64,000 bases of DNA, taken from positions 18,032-82,031 of IMG/VR virus record IMGVR_UViG_3300020455_000892; one strand, 5' to 3'. Positions within the stretch are counted from its first letter, which is position 1, and each line of letters opens with the position of its first letter. The notes under the pieces were generated by a model, which ran no database searches, was not told the DNA's origin, and saw nothing but the letters and a program-made list of their open reading frames with translations. A program made the translations under genes and the position numbers. This document shows positions 36,329-46,707 of this stretch, in pieces. Origin of the DNA: a virus.

Positions 36329-38087
36329 CTACAAACTCCGTATCAGTACTGAATGTAGTAAAGCCACCTTCTTTGATAACTTGTAGTATTGTGTTTACAC
36401 GACCTACAAGTTCGTCTCTGTGTGAGATTAAGAAGATGTTTTTACTACGTTCACGTTCTATCTTTTTAAGTACACCCAATGCACCATCAACACCATTAGT
36501 GTCCATACCACTATCAATAAGCTCGTCAATAGCTAAAAAGTTTATTGGTGTGTTCATACTTTCAAAAACATCTCTGAAACTCCAACTAAGTCCTAGTATA
36601 AGTCTATTACGTTCTCCTCTGCTAAGATTGTCAAAGTCTAAATCTCTGCCTAACTCTGTTATTTCAACTGTTAGGTCTGGCTGGAACGCAACCTCATGTG
36701 GCAAGCCTAGCTTTGTCAAATAGTAAGCTAATCTACTGTTCAAGTATTGCAAGTTCTGTTCAATAATGCGTTTTCTAATAAAACTATCTTTGTTTGTTAA
36801 CAGTTTATACAAAAAGTCCTGATGATCTTTTACTGTATTCAATTGATTCATAGTATCCCAGGTTATCTCTTGTACGCCAGTTTCTCTTAAACTTTCTATC
36901 TGTTCCTGATAAGTGTCAACTTCGCTAGACTTTGTAGTAGCTTGACTACGCAAGTTTTCTAGTTCCATATTGTGTTTGTGTGCTTCTGTTTCTGTATTGT
37001 AGTGTGTAGCAGGAATCTGTCCAAGTTCTCCAAGTTGTGTAATAGCATCAAACCACTCTTTTTCTTGTTCATGATTTGTTTTAACTTGCTGTTGAGCATC
37101 ACTAAGTTGTTCTTGTTTGCTACCTAAAATACTTTCTTGTTTTTCGTCGTGTAAATCTTGTCCGCAAGAGTGGCACTTGTGGTCTTTCAATAAATTGATT
37201 TCTTTGTTAAGTTTATCAATCAGCTTTTGCTGTTTAGTATTATCAGTTTGAATATTAGATAACCAACGTTCTGCTTCGTCTTTCAGCTTTTTCTTTTCTA
37301 GGTAATCACTTAACAGTGTATGATTGCTAAGTTCAGTTTGGATATCTATTTTTTCCAGTGTGTTTATTTGTTTCTGGATACCTTGGACAGTAGTTTCTTG
37401 TTGATCCCGCCAAATTTTCTGCCTGCGTTCCAAATCACTGATACTTTTCTCAATCCTGGAATTTGCTTCTTCAACTGCATTAATTCGATACTCTTCTTCT
37501 TTAATTGCATCTCTCGTTAACCTTTGTTGTTCTTTGAGAACCTCTGCTTTTTCACTAAGCATTGTTATGCCTAGTAACTGCTCAATAATTGCTCGCTGAT
37601 CGTTTGCCCGCATACTGAGAAAAGGTTCTGTGTATGTGTTGAGTGCAACAATGTGTTTAAACATGTCATGGCTCATACCAAACAGTTTTTCTATTTGTGT
37701 CTGAGTTTGACGATTTTCACCTTGTGCTTCGTCTTCTTCAACATTCTCTTCGTTGACATAGTATTTAAGCACATTAGGCTTTCTACCCCGCTCAATGCGG
37801 TATTGAGTACCATCTATTACAAAATCCAGTGTAACCATCATGCTTTTGCCGTTGGTTTTGTTTACTAGATTGTCTTTTCTAATATTAGTAAGTGCATTTC
37901 CAAATATTGCATAACTGAGTGCATTTATAATAGTAGTCTTGCCAGTACCATTTCTACTACCATCTCCACCCAAGTCTACATTGTTTCCAAGTACAAGTGT
38001 TAGTCCATTATTAGTAAAACGTACAGCTTGTGTAACGTTGCCAACACTCATAAAGTTTTTTACAGTTAAATCTTTGATTACTATCAT
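36318..38087 (-). CDS. gp46: Recombination endonuclease ATPase subunit (gp46/SbcC/Rad50)
   Basis: KNFMSVGN; Walker A NGTGKTT; CHSC zinc hook; LSRGE signature; LAIDELIDSGMD Walker B; ISH. Confidence 0.95.
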   Translation of the reverse strand: MIVIKDLTVKNFMSVGNVTQAVRFTNNGLTLVLGNNVDLGGDGSRNGTGKTTIINALSYAIFGNALTNIRKDNLVNKTNGKSMMVTLDFVIDGTQYRIERGRKPNVLKYYVNEENVEEDEAQGENRQTQTQIEKLFGMSHDMFKHIVALNTYTEPFLSMRANDQRAIIEQLLGITMLSEKAEVLKEQQRLTRDAIKEEEYRINAVEEANSRIEKSISDLERRQKIWRDQQETTVQGIQKQINTLEKIDIQTELSNHTLLSDYLEKKKLKDEAERWLSNIQTDNTKQQKLIDKLNKEINLLKDHKCHSCGQDLHDEKQESILGSKQEQLSDAQQQVKTNHEQEKEWFDAITQLGELGQIPATHYNTETEAHKHNMELENLRSQATTKSSEVDTYQEQIESLRETGVQEITWDTMNQLNTVKDHQDFLYKLLTNKDSFIRKRIIEQNLQYLNSRLAYYLTKLGLPHEVAFQPDLTVEITELGRDLDFDNLSRGERNRLILGLSWSFRDVFESMNTPINFLAIDELIDSGMDTNGVDGALGVLKKIERERSKNIFLISHRDELVGRVNTILQVIKEGGFTTFSTDTEFVDAK

Positions 38088-39100
38088 AGGTTGTTATATA
38101 TGTCCACTAGCAGTTTCTTATCTATTAGATCGCTGTCCACAGCATTTAAACTATTATACACTATTTGGTCTACATTTTCAACTTCAATATCTTCTACTAC
38201 TCGCCAATCTTGTGCATGTTCTTCTTTCTTAGTAGGCATAAGTGTTATCTCTCTTACGCCATACTGTTGACTAAATGTTTCTTTAATAAATGTTGCTTCT
38301 TCATAACTTATTGCAATATCCAGTGTAGCTCTACAATAAGTTTTGTTGTTGAGTATTACATCTGGTTCATCAATCAGTCTGCTCAAACTTACTGTTCTAT
38401 AACGTGGACCTGCAAAGTCTATGTACTCAGGTTTACCTCCCCACTCTAATACCATCATACCACGCTCGTCGTCCCAAGCATCAGCATAGTTGTGTGGAAA
38501 AGGTGATCCCAAGTAATGTACATTGCCTTTGTTTTGCCGTTTGTGAAAATGTCCAGTAAACACATACTCTGGACCTTGCAAGTGTTCTGCATTCAGTTGT
38601 CCGTGGTCTGGCATTTCTACCATAGCATTCATTTTAAAGTAAGGAAGTTCGAAGTGTCCAAACATATATCTACATTTTGTTTTGCTTATGTGTGTCCACT
38701 CATCTCCAACTAACCACGGAACAAGTGCAACATCATCTTGTACAAGTGTTTGCTCGTTTATAAGATGAACATTCTCAAACAGTTCTGCATAAGGTAAACT
38801 GTTATAGTCACGTTTTTCTCTGTAATATAAATCATGATTGCCAGTAATCATGTATACTTGCTTAAATGCACGACTGAGCTTTGCTACGTTTTCCACACTA
38901 TAGTTAAGTGTACTCACGTTTACACTAGCACGATGATGGTGCCAATCTCCTAAGAATATACAAGTTTCACAGTTTTGCTCTTTGGCTTGTTCAACAAACC
39001 AATCAACAAATTCTACACAATCGCGATTGTGTTGTTTGCTATTATTCTTGTTTCCGAAATGTATGTCCGTGAAACAAGCCGCACGGTTAAAGAATGTCAT
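38084..39100 (-). CDS. gp47: Recombination endonuclease nuclease subunit (gp47/SbcD/Mre11)
   Basis: Metallophosphoesterase motifs DIHFG, LGDWHH, GNHD, GHFE and GHFH. Confidence 0.95.
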   Translation of the reverse strand: MTFFNRAACFTDIHFGNKNNSKQHNRDCVEFVDWFVEQAKEQNCETCIFLGDWHHHRASVNVSTLNYSVENVAKLSRAFKQVYMITGNHDLYYREKRDYNSLPYAELFENVHLINEQTLVQDDVALVPWLVGDEWTHISKTKCRYMFGHFELPYFKMNAMVEMPDHGQLNAEHLQGPEYVFTGHFHKRQNKGNVHYLGSPFPHNYADAWDDERGMMVLEWGGKPEYIDFAGPRYRTVSLSRLIDEPDVILNNKTYCRATLDIAISYEEATFIKETFSQQYGVREITLMPTKKEEHAQDWRVVEDIEVENVDQIVYNSLNAVDSDLIDKKLLVDIYNNL

Positions 39101-39133
39101 GGATTTCCGTTCACTCAGTTTAAACTTTCACTT

Positions 39134-39162
39134 AGTATAGCTTCATAACTATACATTGTCAA
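39134..39162 (-). promoter_or_regulatory. Sigma70 promoter for the gp47-gp46 operon
   Basis: TTGACA-N17-TATACT. Confidence 0.7.
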
Positions 39163-39165
39163 TAC

Positions 39166-40044
39166 CTAAACGTTGTATCCGTGTTCTTTACGTTCTTTGT
39201 CAGCTTTTTCGTCCCATTTGGCTCTTTCTGCCATCTCATGTTCAATTTGGCGTGTCCAACTAGGCATTTGACCTGCTTCTTGCAATAGGTCATCTCTTAT
39301 GTTTTGATTACGTTTCTCTAGGTTAAGCACCCTAGTAAAACTGTTAGTAACTGCCGCTGTATAGTATGCAAATGGATTTTCACTTTTCAGTTCGTTAAAC
39401 TGCAATCCAATCTGCGATAGTTGCAATAATGCATGACTACGCATCTCATCTACATATGTATATCCACGCCAGTTGCTACGCATACTGTAACGTTCGCAAA
39501 GTTTAATATACATCTTTGCTAAATTATTTGTAATTTTACCATGTTGTGTATTAAATTTACCGTTATCTAATCCACCTTCCCAATGACTACGCAAACATTC
39601 TTTTATGTCATCATTGATATAAGCATAATGTTTAAAAGGTGGAAAGTTGCATTTACTATGATGATCAGCAGTTGTTTTAGGTTTATTTTTTCTACCAGGT
39701 TCCAATGGTATATGATCATAAGTCATCAATCTAAAAACTAATGATTTCTCTTCAATTGTGTTTGGATCGATTTTAAAATTAATCTGTTTTGGTTTTTGAC
39801 TTTGTTTTCTACTACTGTTGTCATACCATTCTAAATATGCTGTTTCATATGCTTGAGTACTTAATTGCCTAGCTCTATTTTCTTTAGCAGTTTGTATTAC
39901 TTCTGGAAGTTTAATATCATCTATTGATTCTACTATTGTATCAAACCTACTATATTCATCGTCTAAGACATAACAATAGCTTAATTTGCTTTTGTGTATT
40001 TCTTTAAGCATATCTTTGTTGTTTAAATAATTTTGTTTCCTCAT
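39166..40044 (-). CDS. gp55: Late-transcription sigma factor (gp55-like), with a long N-proximal insertion
   Basis: NYLNNKDML...NWRGYTYVDEM...F...KSENPFAYYT; adjacent to gp47 as in T4-like phages. Confidence 0.9.
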   Translation of the reverse strand: MRKQNYLNNKDMLKEIHKSKLSYCYVLDDEYSRFDTIVESIDDIKLPEVIQTAKENRARQLSTQAYETAYLEWYDNSSRKQSQKPKQINFKIDPNTIEEKSLVFRLMTYDHIPLEPGRKNKPKTTADHHSKCNFPPFKHYAYINDDIKECLRSHWEGGLDNGKFNTQHGKITNNLAKMYIKLCERYSMRSNWRGYTYVDEMRSHALLQLSQIGLQFNELKSENPFAYYTAAVTNSFTRVLNLEKRNQNIRDDLLQEAGQMPSWTRQIEHEMAERAKWDEKADKERKEHGYNV

Positions 40045-40066
40045 CGTAATTCCTTATTCTGATTTC

Positions 40067-40095
40067 ATTATACACAATTTAATTCGAGTTGTCAA
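40067..40095 (-). promoter_or_regulatory. Perfect sigma70 promoter for gp55
   Basis: TTGACA-N17-TATAAT. Confidence 0.8.
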
Positions 40096-40116
40096 TAACT
40101 ACACATATAATTATTC

Positions 40117-40124
40117 TATAAATA
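40117..40124 (+). promoter_or_regulatory. T4-type late promoter
   Basis: TATAAATA upstream of an AGGAG SD and the ATG at 40143. Confidence 0.8.
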
Positions 40125-40142
40125 CAACTATAGGAGACACCA

Positions 40143-40736
40143 ATGAGAATATCGCATTTGAAAGAAGATATTGCAAAAGATGTTGCTGTATTTTACGGTG
40201 GCAGATTCCAGCCTATGCACAAAGGTCATAACAAAGTGTATATGGGTTTGGTAGAGCAATTTGGTTCCTCTAACGTATTTATCGCTACTACAGTTAGCAA
40301 GACAGCAACACCGGAACGTGATCCATTTTCGTTTGAGGAAAAGAGAAAAATAATGAATGAGATGTTTAACATTCCTACTAGCAATGTTATTCAAACACAA
40401 CCTTACAGACCAGATGTAAGTTTAACCGGAAAAGACCCTAACAACACTGCGGTAATATTAGTTTTTAGTGCTAAAGATGCTGGCAGACTCAAGCGTGGAG
40501 GTTTCCTCAGAGATTATGTACCAGGTGCTGAAATGGTGCCTAGTGACCAAGGTGCATACATATTAGAAGTACCAATCCAAGAAGGTGGCATGAGTGCTAC
40601 AGACTTTCGAAATGGTATGAAAAATGACAGTCTAAATGACAATCAAAAAGTTATGCTGTTTAGAGAATTTTTTGGTTCTATTGAGCCAAAAACATACGAA
40701 TTTGTAAGGGATAAACTAAATGCCGGTACTAGCTGA
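40143..40736 (+). CDS. HIGH-motif nucleotidyltransferase (cytidylyltransferase-like)
   Basis: GGRFQPMHKGH, DPFSFEEK and MSATDFR motifs. Confidence 0.8.
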   Translation: MRISHLKEDIAKDVAVFYGGRFQPMHKGHNKVYMGLVEQFGSSNVFIATTVSKTATPERDPFSFEEKRKIMNEMFNIPTSNVIQTQPYRPDVSLTGKDPNNTAVILVFSAKDAGRLKRGGFLRDYVPGAEMVPSDQGAYILEVPIQEGGMSATDFRNGMKNDSLNDNQKVMLFREFFGSIEPKTYEFVRDKLNAGTS

Positions 40737-41337
40737 AAATAGAGCAAGACTAATGTTAAAACCTGGTGCAAGAAGCATTTACTTCAATGGTAATAGTATA
40801 TTGTCTCCTCTAGTACCACATCATGGTATTATGTTTCCAATACAACCTGACATCACATATTCACAAAGTGTATCATATACTCCATATGACCTTACACATA
40901 CCAACTATACATTCCAAGCATATAGAAATACACCTAGTCCTGATATACAGTTGACTTGTCAATTTGCTAGTGTTACAGATGAAGAAGCTAGATATACATA
41001 TGCAGTGATACATTTTTTAAGAAGTGTTTCCAAAATGTGGTTTGGAGCAAATGAAGGCGCAAGCGGTGTTGCACCTGGTACACCTCCTCCTGTTTTATTG
41101 TTTAGTGCATTTGGTCAACAACAATTTTCAAATATTCCGGTAGTAGTTACACAGTTTAGTACGACTTATGATAGTAATGTAGACTTAAAATTAATCGATG
41201 GTAATTTACAAATTCCAGCAATGATGAATATGTTTATTGGAATTGCAGTTCAACAAAATCCAGATAGACAAAAGAACGTGTATAGTACTACTGATTTCAT
41301 ATCAGGTAGATTATATGGCGAGCAAGGATTTATTTAA
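40720..41337 (+). CDS. Baseplate/tail tube initiator-like protein
   Basis: FPIQPDI...Y...THTNY...HFLRSVSKMWFG..GTPPPVLLFSAFG..F.NIPVVV; first structural gene of the baseplate operon. Confidence 0.6.
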   Translation: MPVLAENRARLMLKPGARSIYFNGNSILSPLVPHHGIMFPIQPDITYSQSVSYTPYDLTHTNYTFQAYRNTPSPDIQLTCQFASVTDEEARYTYAVIHFLRSVSKMWFGANEGASGVAPGTPPPVLLFSAFGQQQFSNIPVVVTQFSTTYDSNVDLKLIDGNLQIPAMMNMFIGIAVQQNPDRQKNVYSTTDFISGRLYGEQGFI

Positions 41338-41639
41338 TGGCTACAAGATATAATGAAAGAAGTAATTACGCAGGTACAAGTCAAAACAAAAAGTATCTAG
41401 AATTATACGACCCACCGCTAACTACTGAAACACTTTCTGAACAGACAGTAACATTTGTAATAGAAGCAAAATACAATAGACGTCCTGATTTACTTGCATT
41501 TGATATGTATGGAAGTCCAAAAATCTGGTGGGTGTTTGCACACTACAACAGAGATCAATTAAAAGACCCTGTGATGGATTTTACGTCAGGTCTTAAAATA
41601 AAAGCACCAAAGACGTTTAGAGTATTAGGGGCTACCTAA
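41337..41639 (+). CDS. Baseplate wedge protein (gp53/LysM-like)
   Basis: RPDLLAFDMYGSPKIWWVFAHYN motif. Confidence 0.8.
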   Translation: MATRYNERSNYAGTSQNKKYLELYDPPLTTETLSEQTVTFVIEAKYNRRPDLLAFDMYGSPKIWWVFAHYNRDQLKDPVMDFTSGLKIKAPKTFRVLGAT

Positions 41640-44359
41640 TGGCTATACAGCAAATCTTCGAAGATAACGTACTCAACAAGTACGATAACGTTACTTATAA
41701 ATGGACCATGTATATGATGCGTCCAGAAGATGTCAATCAATATGATGCAATTCTAAATACAAATCCTCCTGCATATAGAATTATTGCTGAATCCGGAGTT
41801 GAGAGTGAAATCAACATCGAAAGTGTTGAACATGATATGAAACTTACGTTTAACAAGCGTATGACTGACAGAGAAGCAGTTGCAAATATGTTTAGTATAC
41901 AACTTGTTGAACCACAAGGTGCAACATTGTACACAAGAATATTTGTTGCGGCTCAAGAATTAAAAATTATAAATCATCTTAAAGCATGTTATCTATTAGA
42001 ATTAAAATTCTTAGGTTATCATGAAGATGGCTCACCAGCAAATAATATCACTTCTCCTTATTACTATGCTTGTACAATGACTGGTTTAGATTTTCAATAC
42101 AACGAAGGTGCTACACGATACAGAGCTGATCTAATCGAAACTACACAAGATGCATTTAAAAGACTTACACTACACCTCAAAGAAGATCTTACAATACAAG
42201 CAAGTACATTTGGAACGTTCTTACAAAATTTAGAAGTTAAAGTAAATGAACAAGAAGCAAGGCAAGTCCTTAATAGTATTTCTAAACAATGGCCTCATGT
42301 TTACAGGTTTGCAACTGGAGGTAATGGAGCTGAAAGTTGGGGTAGCTGGGCTTTTGATACTGGTGCAGGCATAAGTGGTGAAACACCAGATCTTAGCAGT
42401 GTGAGTATTACAGGTAGTGGTAATTTAACTTTTGTAATCAAACAAGGTACAAGTATCAGTGATATTATTATTATAGCTTTGATGCAGACAAAAAACTTTA
42501 GAAAATTGCCTACAGATGACGGAGGATTTCACAAAGACAATCCAAATGATCAGGTAGCTAAACCACCTACATTTAGAGAACTAAGCAAATGGTTTGCTTT
42601 TGATTGTAAAACTGTGTACATGATATACGACACAGTTGCAAAAGATTTTGCAAAAGAGTTTACACTCAGTATAGCAGGTTATACTGTACCTGAATTATCG
42701 CATGATGCTAAAACATTCGAAGAAGTAGTTACTAACAAGTCAATACAAGTTGCAAGACTTAGAAATCTAGTAAGCAAAGAACTATTGAAAAAACGTTTTG
42801 ATTATCATTATACTGGTCTTAACACAGAAGTTTTAGGTTTAGATATCTATTTAAACAACACTTACTATCAAATTCAAGCCCTAAACCAAGGTGAAGGTAG
42901 ATTTGAAGGACAAAGTCAAGCTGGAGAAGGAAAACCAGATAATGAATTTAACCGTAACTCAACAGAGATCGATGCCTTAAAGAAAAAACTAAGGATCTTA
43001 GAAGATGAACTTGTAACACTCAGAGGACAGAAGGATAGTTTTTTCAGTGATCAAAACAGACTGAGAACAATGAATCCACCAGAACTAGCCGCCAAAGAGG
43101 CAGAGTTCAAAAATCAAATAGATGCAAAAGAAGCAGAAATAAAACAGACTAAAGAAGCAACAGAACAAATTGTAGAAAAAACTATACCGTTATTACAAGA
43201 AGCGGCGGCGGAAGAAAGACTAAGACAAGGCGCCGGAGTTAACTTAGTAAGTGGTGATAGATATCTTACGCAAAGTGAATTGTTTGGAAGAAGCAAACTT
43301 GATGATAATAAAAGTCACCCTGTAAGTTTTGATATTACAAACATTAATAGTAAAGCAACCAATGGTCCTGATGAAAATGACACAAGTGGTGCTGTTTTTC
43401 TAGGAGCTGTTGAACTTAATCTAAACAGTATGGGTGATTTAGTACAACAGCAAATTAATATTAGAGGAGATCCTTATTGGCTTGGCAGACCTAAAAGTAG
43501 AAAATCTACTTTGTTTGGTGCAAACTACGAAAAAGGTGGCGTAAGTTACTTTTTAAATGTTAACTTTCCTACATATCCAAATCAAGATTCAGGTTTGATG
43601 CAAATACCAGAAGCAAACTTTGGTATAGTAGGCGCTTATCGTGTGCATACTGTAGTTGCTAGATACCAAGATGGTCAATTTACTATGACGTTGCAATCCT
43701 ACAGAGACATACAAACTAATGTTGGATTGTTATACGACCTATTGCAAAAAGGCACAATAGAAGCAGACGAAACTGACCAATTAGATCCAAATAAAATAGA
43801 AGAGCAAGGTGAAGGTGACAGTGAAGGCGAAACAACAGAAGAAAACCAAGGACCACAAATAATTGAACCTCCAGTAGATGGTGATGCAACTGGTGTAGTT
43901 ACACAAAGTCAACTTGGTTCAAGTAAAATTAGAAATCAAGCGGTTGCAAGTGATTTAACTAGCATTCTACAACAAGCAGGTGCGGCGGCTGGAGTTAATG
44001 TTAATGTTACTAGTGGCGGACAACCTGCAAAAGGTAGTGGTGGTAGAAGAACAGGAAGTACAAGACATGATAATGGACATGCGGCTGATGTGCAACTATC
44101 ATTAGCTAACGGAAGAGTGCTTAGTTTGAATAATCCTGGTGATGTGCCTATTATTCAAAACTTTATCAGAGAAACAAAAAGATTTGGAGCTACTGGTGTT
44201 GGTGCAGGAAACGGATACATGGGAGATAATACTTTCCATATTGACAATGCTAGTTTATATGGACAAGGCAGTGCAGGTTATTGGGGTGGACATTTCGACA
44301 ATGGCACATACAGAGCAAGAAATGCTCCGCGGTGGTTAAGAGATATATTTACAGCATAG
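41639..44359 (+). CDS. Baseplate hub protein with C-terminal M15-like Zn peptidase domain
   Basis: INIRGDPYWLG and GAYRVHTVVARYQDGQFTMTL hub motifs; C-terminal STRHDNGHAADV...FHID. Confidence 0.7.
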   Translation: MAIQQIFEDNVLNKYDNVTYKWTMYMMRPEDVNQYDAILNTNPPAYRIIAESGVESEINIESVEHDMKLTFNKRMTDREAVANMFSIQLVEPQGATLYTRIFVAAQELKIINHLKACYLLELKFLGYHEDGSPANNITSPYYYACTMTGLDFQYNEGATRYRADLIETTQDAFKRLTLHLKEDLTIQASTFGTFLQNLEVKVNEQEARQVLNSISKQWPHVYRFATGGNGAESWGSWAFDTGAGISGETPDLSSVSITGSGNLTFVIKQGTSISDIIIIALMQTKNFRKLPTDDGGFHKDNPNDQVAKPPTFRELSKWFAFDCKTVYMIYDTVAKDFAKEFTLSIAGYTVPELSHDAKTFEEVVTNKSIQVARLRNLVSKELLKKRFDYHYTGLNTEVLGLDIYLNNTYYQIQALNQGEGRFEGQSQAGEGKPDNEFNRNSTEIDALKKKLRILEDELVTLRGQKDSFFSDQNRLRTMNPPELAAKEAEFKNQIDAKEAEIKQTKEATEQIVEKTIPLLQEAAAEERLRQGAGVNLVSGDRYLTQSELFGRSKLDDNKSHPVSFDITNINSKATNGPDENDTSGAVFLGAVELNLNSMGDLVQQQINIRGDPYWLGRPKSRKSTLFGANYEKGGVSYFLNVNFPTYPNQDSGLMQIPEANFGIVGAYRVHTVVARYQDGQFTMTLQSYRDIQTNVGLLYDLLQKGTIEADETDQLDPNKIEEQGEGDSEGETTEENQGPQIIEPPVDGDATGVVTQSQLGSSKIRNQAVASDLTSILQQAGAAAGVNVNVTSGGQPAKGSGGRRTGSTRHDNGHAADVQLSLANGRVLSLNNPGDVPIIQNFIRETKRFGATGVGAGNGYMGDNTFHIDNASLYGQGSAGYWGGHFDNGTYRARNAPRWLRDIFTA

Positions 44360-44368
44360 GAAAAAACA

Positions 44369-45790
44369 ATGAGATACAACGCAAGTAATACACCAAGTCA
44401 AGGAGTACCAAGAACTACTTTTAACAAAAACGCAAGCGTCGGCGGTGTAGTTAAAAATGCTGGTTTGTTTGTAGGAAAAGTTATCGAGACAGTTGATGAT
44501 CGCTATGAAGGTTATTTGCATGTAGAAATTTTTGGACAAGGCTATGTTGGCGAAACTGATAGCAAGGCAGAACGTGCAAATTATGTAAGAGTAAGACGAG
44601 GTAGTCCTTACGGAGGCAGTTATCAATTTGCAAATGCAACAAATAGCTACGGAATGAGTAGTCACCCACCAGCACCGGGTACATCAGTATTGGTTGCTTT
44701 TCCTGCTAATAGTAATACAGGAATAATGGTATGTGTACTACCTGATATTACAAGAAACGCAAGTGTTCCGACAGATCCTACAGCTTTTGTAGATAGTGAA
44801 AACAATGCTATTGGACCTACATTAGATCCAAGTGTAAAAAAACAAACAGGCAAGAATAAAAAACCAAGAGCTACTCCTGAAACAATTCAAAGCGAAGCAA
44901 CAGATCAAAAAGACAAAATAAATGACAGTGAAATTACAAGTCAAGGTATTGGTTTAGACAGTATTAGAGGATTAAGCAGTAGTAGCCAAAGAAGAGAATC
45001 TCCTACACAAGTTTTTGGTTTTAACACACCGGGTGGACATCAGTTTGTTATGGATGATGGTACACTGCCTAACAGTGACACATGCTTAACTCCTGACAAA
45101 GAAAGAGAAGGTGGATTAAGCAAACTTACACGTTTTAGAAGTGCCGGCGGTGCTCAAATATTATTCCATGATGGTGTAGGGATTGTTTACATTATTAATC
45201 AAAACGGAAGCAGTTGGATTCAAATGGGAAGTGATGGCAAAATTGATGTCTATTCTGAGAGTGATATTAGTATGCACACAGAAACTGATTTTAATTTTCA
45301 CTGTGGTGGAGATTTTAACATAGATGCTGATAGTATTAATATGAAAGCCAGAGGAACTGATGGTGCTACTATTGAAACTGCAACTGGAGAATTTAATTTA
45401 CATGCAAACAAAGATATAAAATTAACATCTGATCTAAATGGACACATAAAATGTAGTGGATTTATTAGAGAAACAGCAAGTTTAATTGATATGAATGGTC
45501 CCGAAGCCACAGCCGCTACAAAAACCACTGCTAACAATCTCACAGTTAATAGAACAGTAAAAGAAAGTATTACAGGTAGAGTACCCGAAGCAGAGCCTTG
45601 GGGCGGACATGATGAGGAACAAGAAAACGTTCCACAAGCCGCTAGTCCTGATACTAACTTTGCCGCAACTGATATTGACATGGCAAGTATTATGAATAAT
45701 CAGCAACCTGCTCCTGAACAAACTACACAGCAAAAATCAAATACAAGAGTTGCCAATCCAAGAGCATTTGCAAAGGATGTGCCAAGATGA
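44369..45790 (+). CDS. Baseplate central spike (gp5/VgrG-like)
   Basis: OB-fold-like start (GKVIETVD...PPAPGTSVLVAF), TPGGHQFVMDDG, beta-helix repeats and RVPEAEPWGGH. Confidence 0.8.
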   Translation: MRYNASNTPSQGVPRTTFNKNASVGGVVKNAGLFVGKVIETVDDRYEGYLHVEIFGQGYVGETDSKAERANYVRVRRGSPYGGSYQFANATNSYGMSSHPPAPGTSVLVAFPANSNTGIMVCVLPDITRNASVPTDPTAFVDSENNAIGPTLDPSVKKQTGKNKKPRATPETIQSEATDQKDKINDSEITSQGIGLDSIRGLSSSSQRRESPTQVFGFNTPGGHQFVMDDGTLPNSDTCLTPDKEREGGLSKLTRFRSAGGAQILFHDGVGIVYIINQNGSSWIQMGSDGKIDVYSESDISMHTETDFNFHCGGDFNIDADSINMKARGTDGATIETATGEFNLHANKDIKLTSDLNGHIKCSGFIRETASLIDMNGPEATAATKTTANNLTVNRTVKESITGRVPEAEPWGGHDEEQENVPQAASPDTNFAATDIDMASIMNNQQPAPEQTTQQKSNTRVANPRAFAKDVPR

Positions 45791-46689
45791 CAACTACAGT
45801 TGAAGAAAGATTTACAAGAAATTGGAATGACTACACAGTAAAGGATCATACTGCATATCACACTGTTCTCAATATAGCAAATGTAACATCTAGTCAAAAA
45901 GCTATAGATTGTGCATTAGGCTTTTTCTCAAATTACAGTGGATTTGATCAAACTGCATACGGAGAAGGAAGTTATATCACAGGATTAACTGAACAACAAG
46001 CATTTGATTTATGGAAAGATGCTTACAACAAACAAGAAATACTTGCTAAAAAACAATTAATATCAAATGGAATCGCAACAATTACTCAATCAGTTTATGA
46101 TGCAATAATACTTTATCATTGGGCAACAGGCAAATTGTTTAAAGTATTTCACGGAAAAGTAATTTATGAAATATTACCTGTACTAAAACAAGGTAAGTAT
46201 GATACTTTAGCTGATATGATTATAAACAGTCAACTTAACAAACCTTTGTGTATCAAAATAGCAACTATTCTAAGACTTGCAGATTACGGAAAGATTAAAA
46301 CGAGAACATGGTATCGCAGTAATGGCGTATTCAAAATACGTGATTTCAATGAAAAAGGTACACTAAACAATGATCAACTGTCAAGAGCAAGATTTGCTTA
46401 CTATGCCGAGACAGGAAATTTTTTGCCCAACACTCCGGAAGGACTAAGCAGAAAAATTGTTACAGATTATAACAAAACTTTGGTCACACAAATTTTTACT
46501 TTTGACGGGTCTTCTACCAGCTTTAGTCTGCTTGCTAATGCTAGTATGAGTCCAGTAGAAAAACTAGCAGTTACTATAAATGATGAAATACAACAGCATT
46601 TCTTTGATTTTACTTTGGACGGATTTACAGTTACAATTACAAAAGCAATGAATACCGGTGATATTATAAAAACAACTATAAAGATTTAA
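45787..46689 (+). CDS. Baseplate protein with degenerate lysozyme (GH24)-like region
   Basis: GLTEQQAFDL...ITQSVYDAIILY resembles GH24 helices; no clear catalytic Glu-Asp-Thr. Confidence 0.45.
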   Translation: MTTTVEERFTRNWNDYTVKDHTAYHTVLNIANVTSSQKAIDCALGFFSNYSGFDQTAYGEGSYITGLTEQQAFDLWKDAYNKQEILAKKQLISNGIATITQSVYDAIILYHWATGKLFKVFHGKVIYEILPVLKQGKYDTLADMIINSQLNKPLCIKIATILRLADYGKIKTRTWYRSNGVFKIRDFNEKGTLNNDQLSRARFAYYAETGNFLPNTPEGLSRKIVTDYNKTLVTQIFTFDGSSTSFSLLANASMSPVEKLAVTINDEIQQHFFDFTLDGFTVTITKAMNTGDIIKTTIKI

Positions 46690-46707
46690 CTGAGTATTTA
46701 ATTTTAC

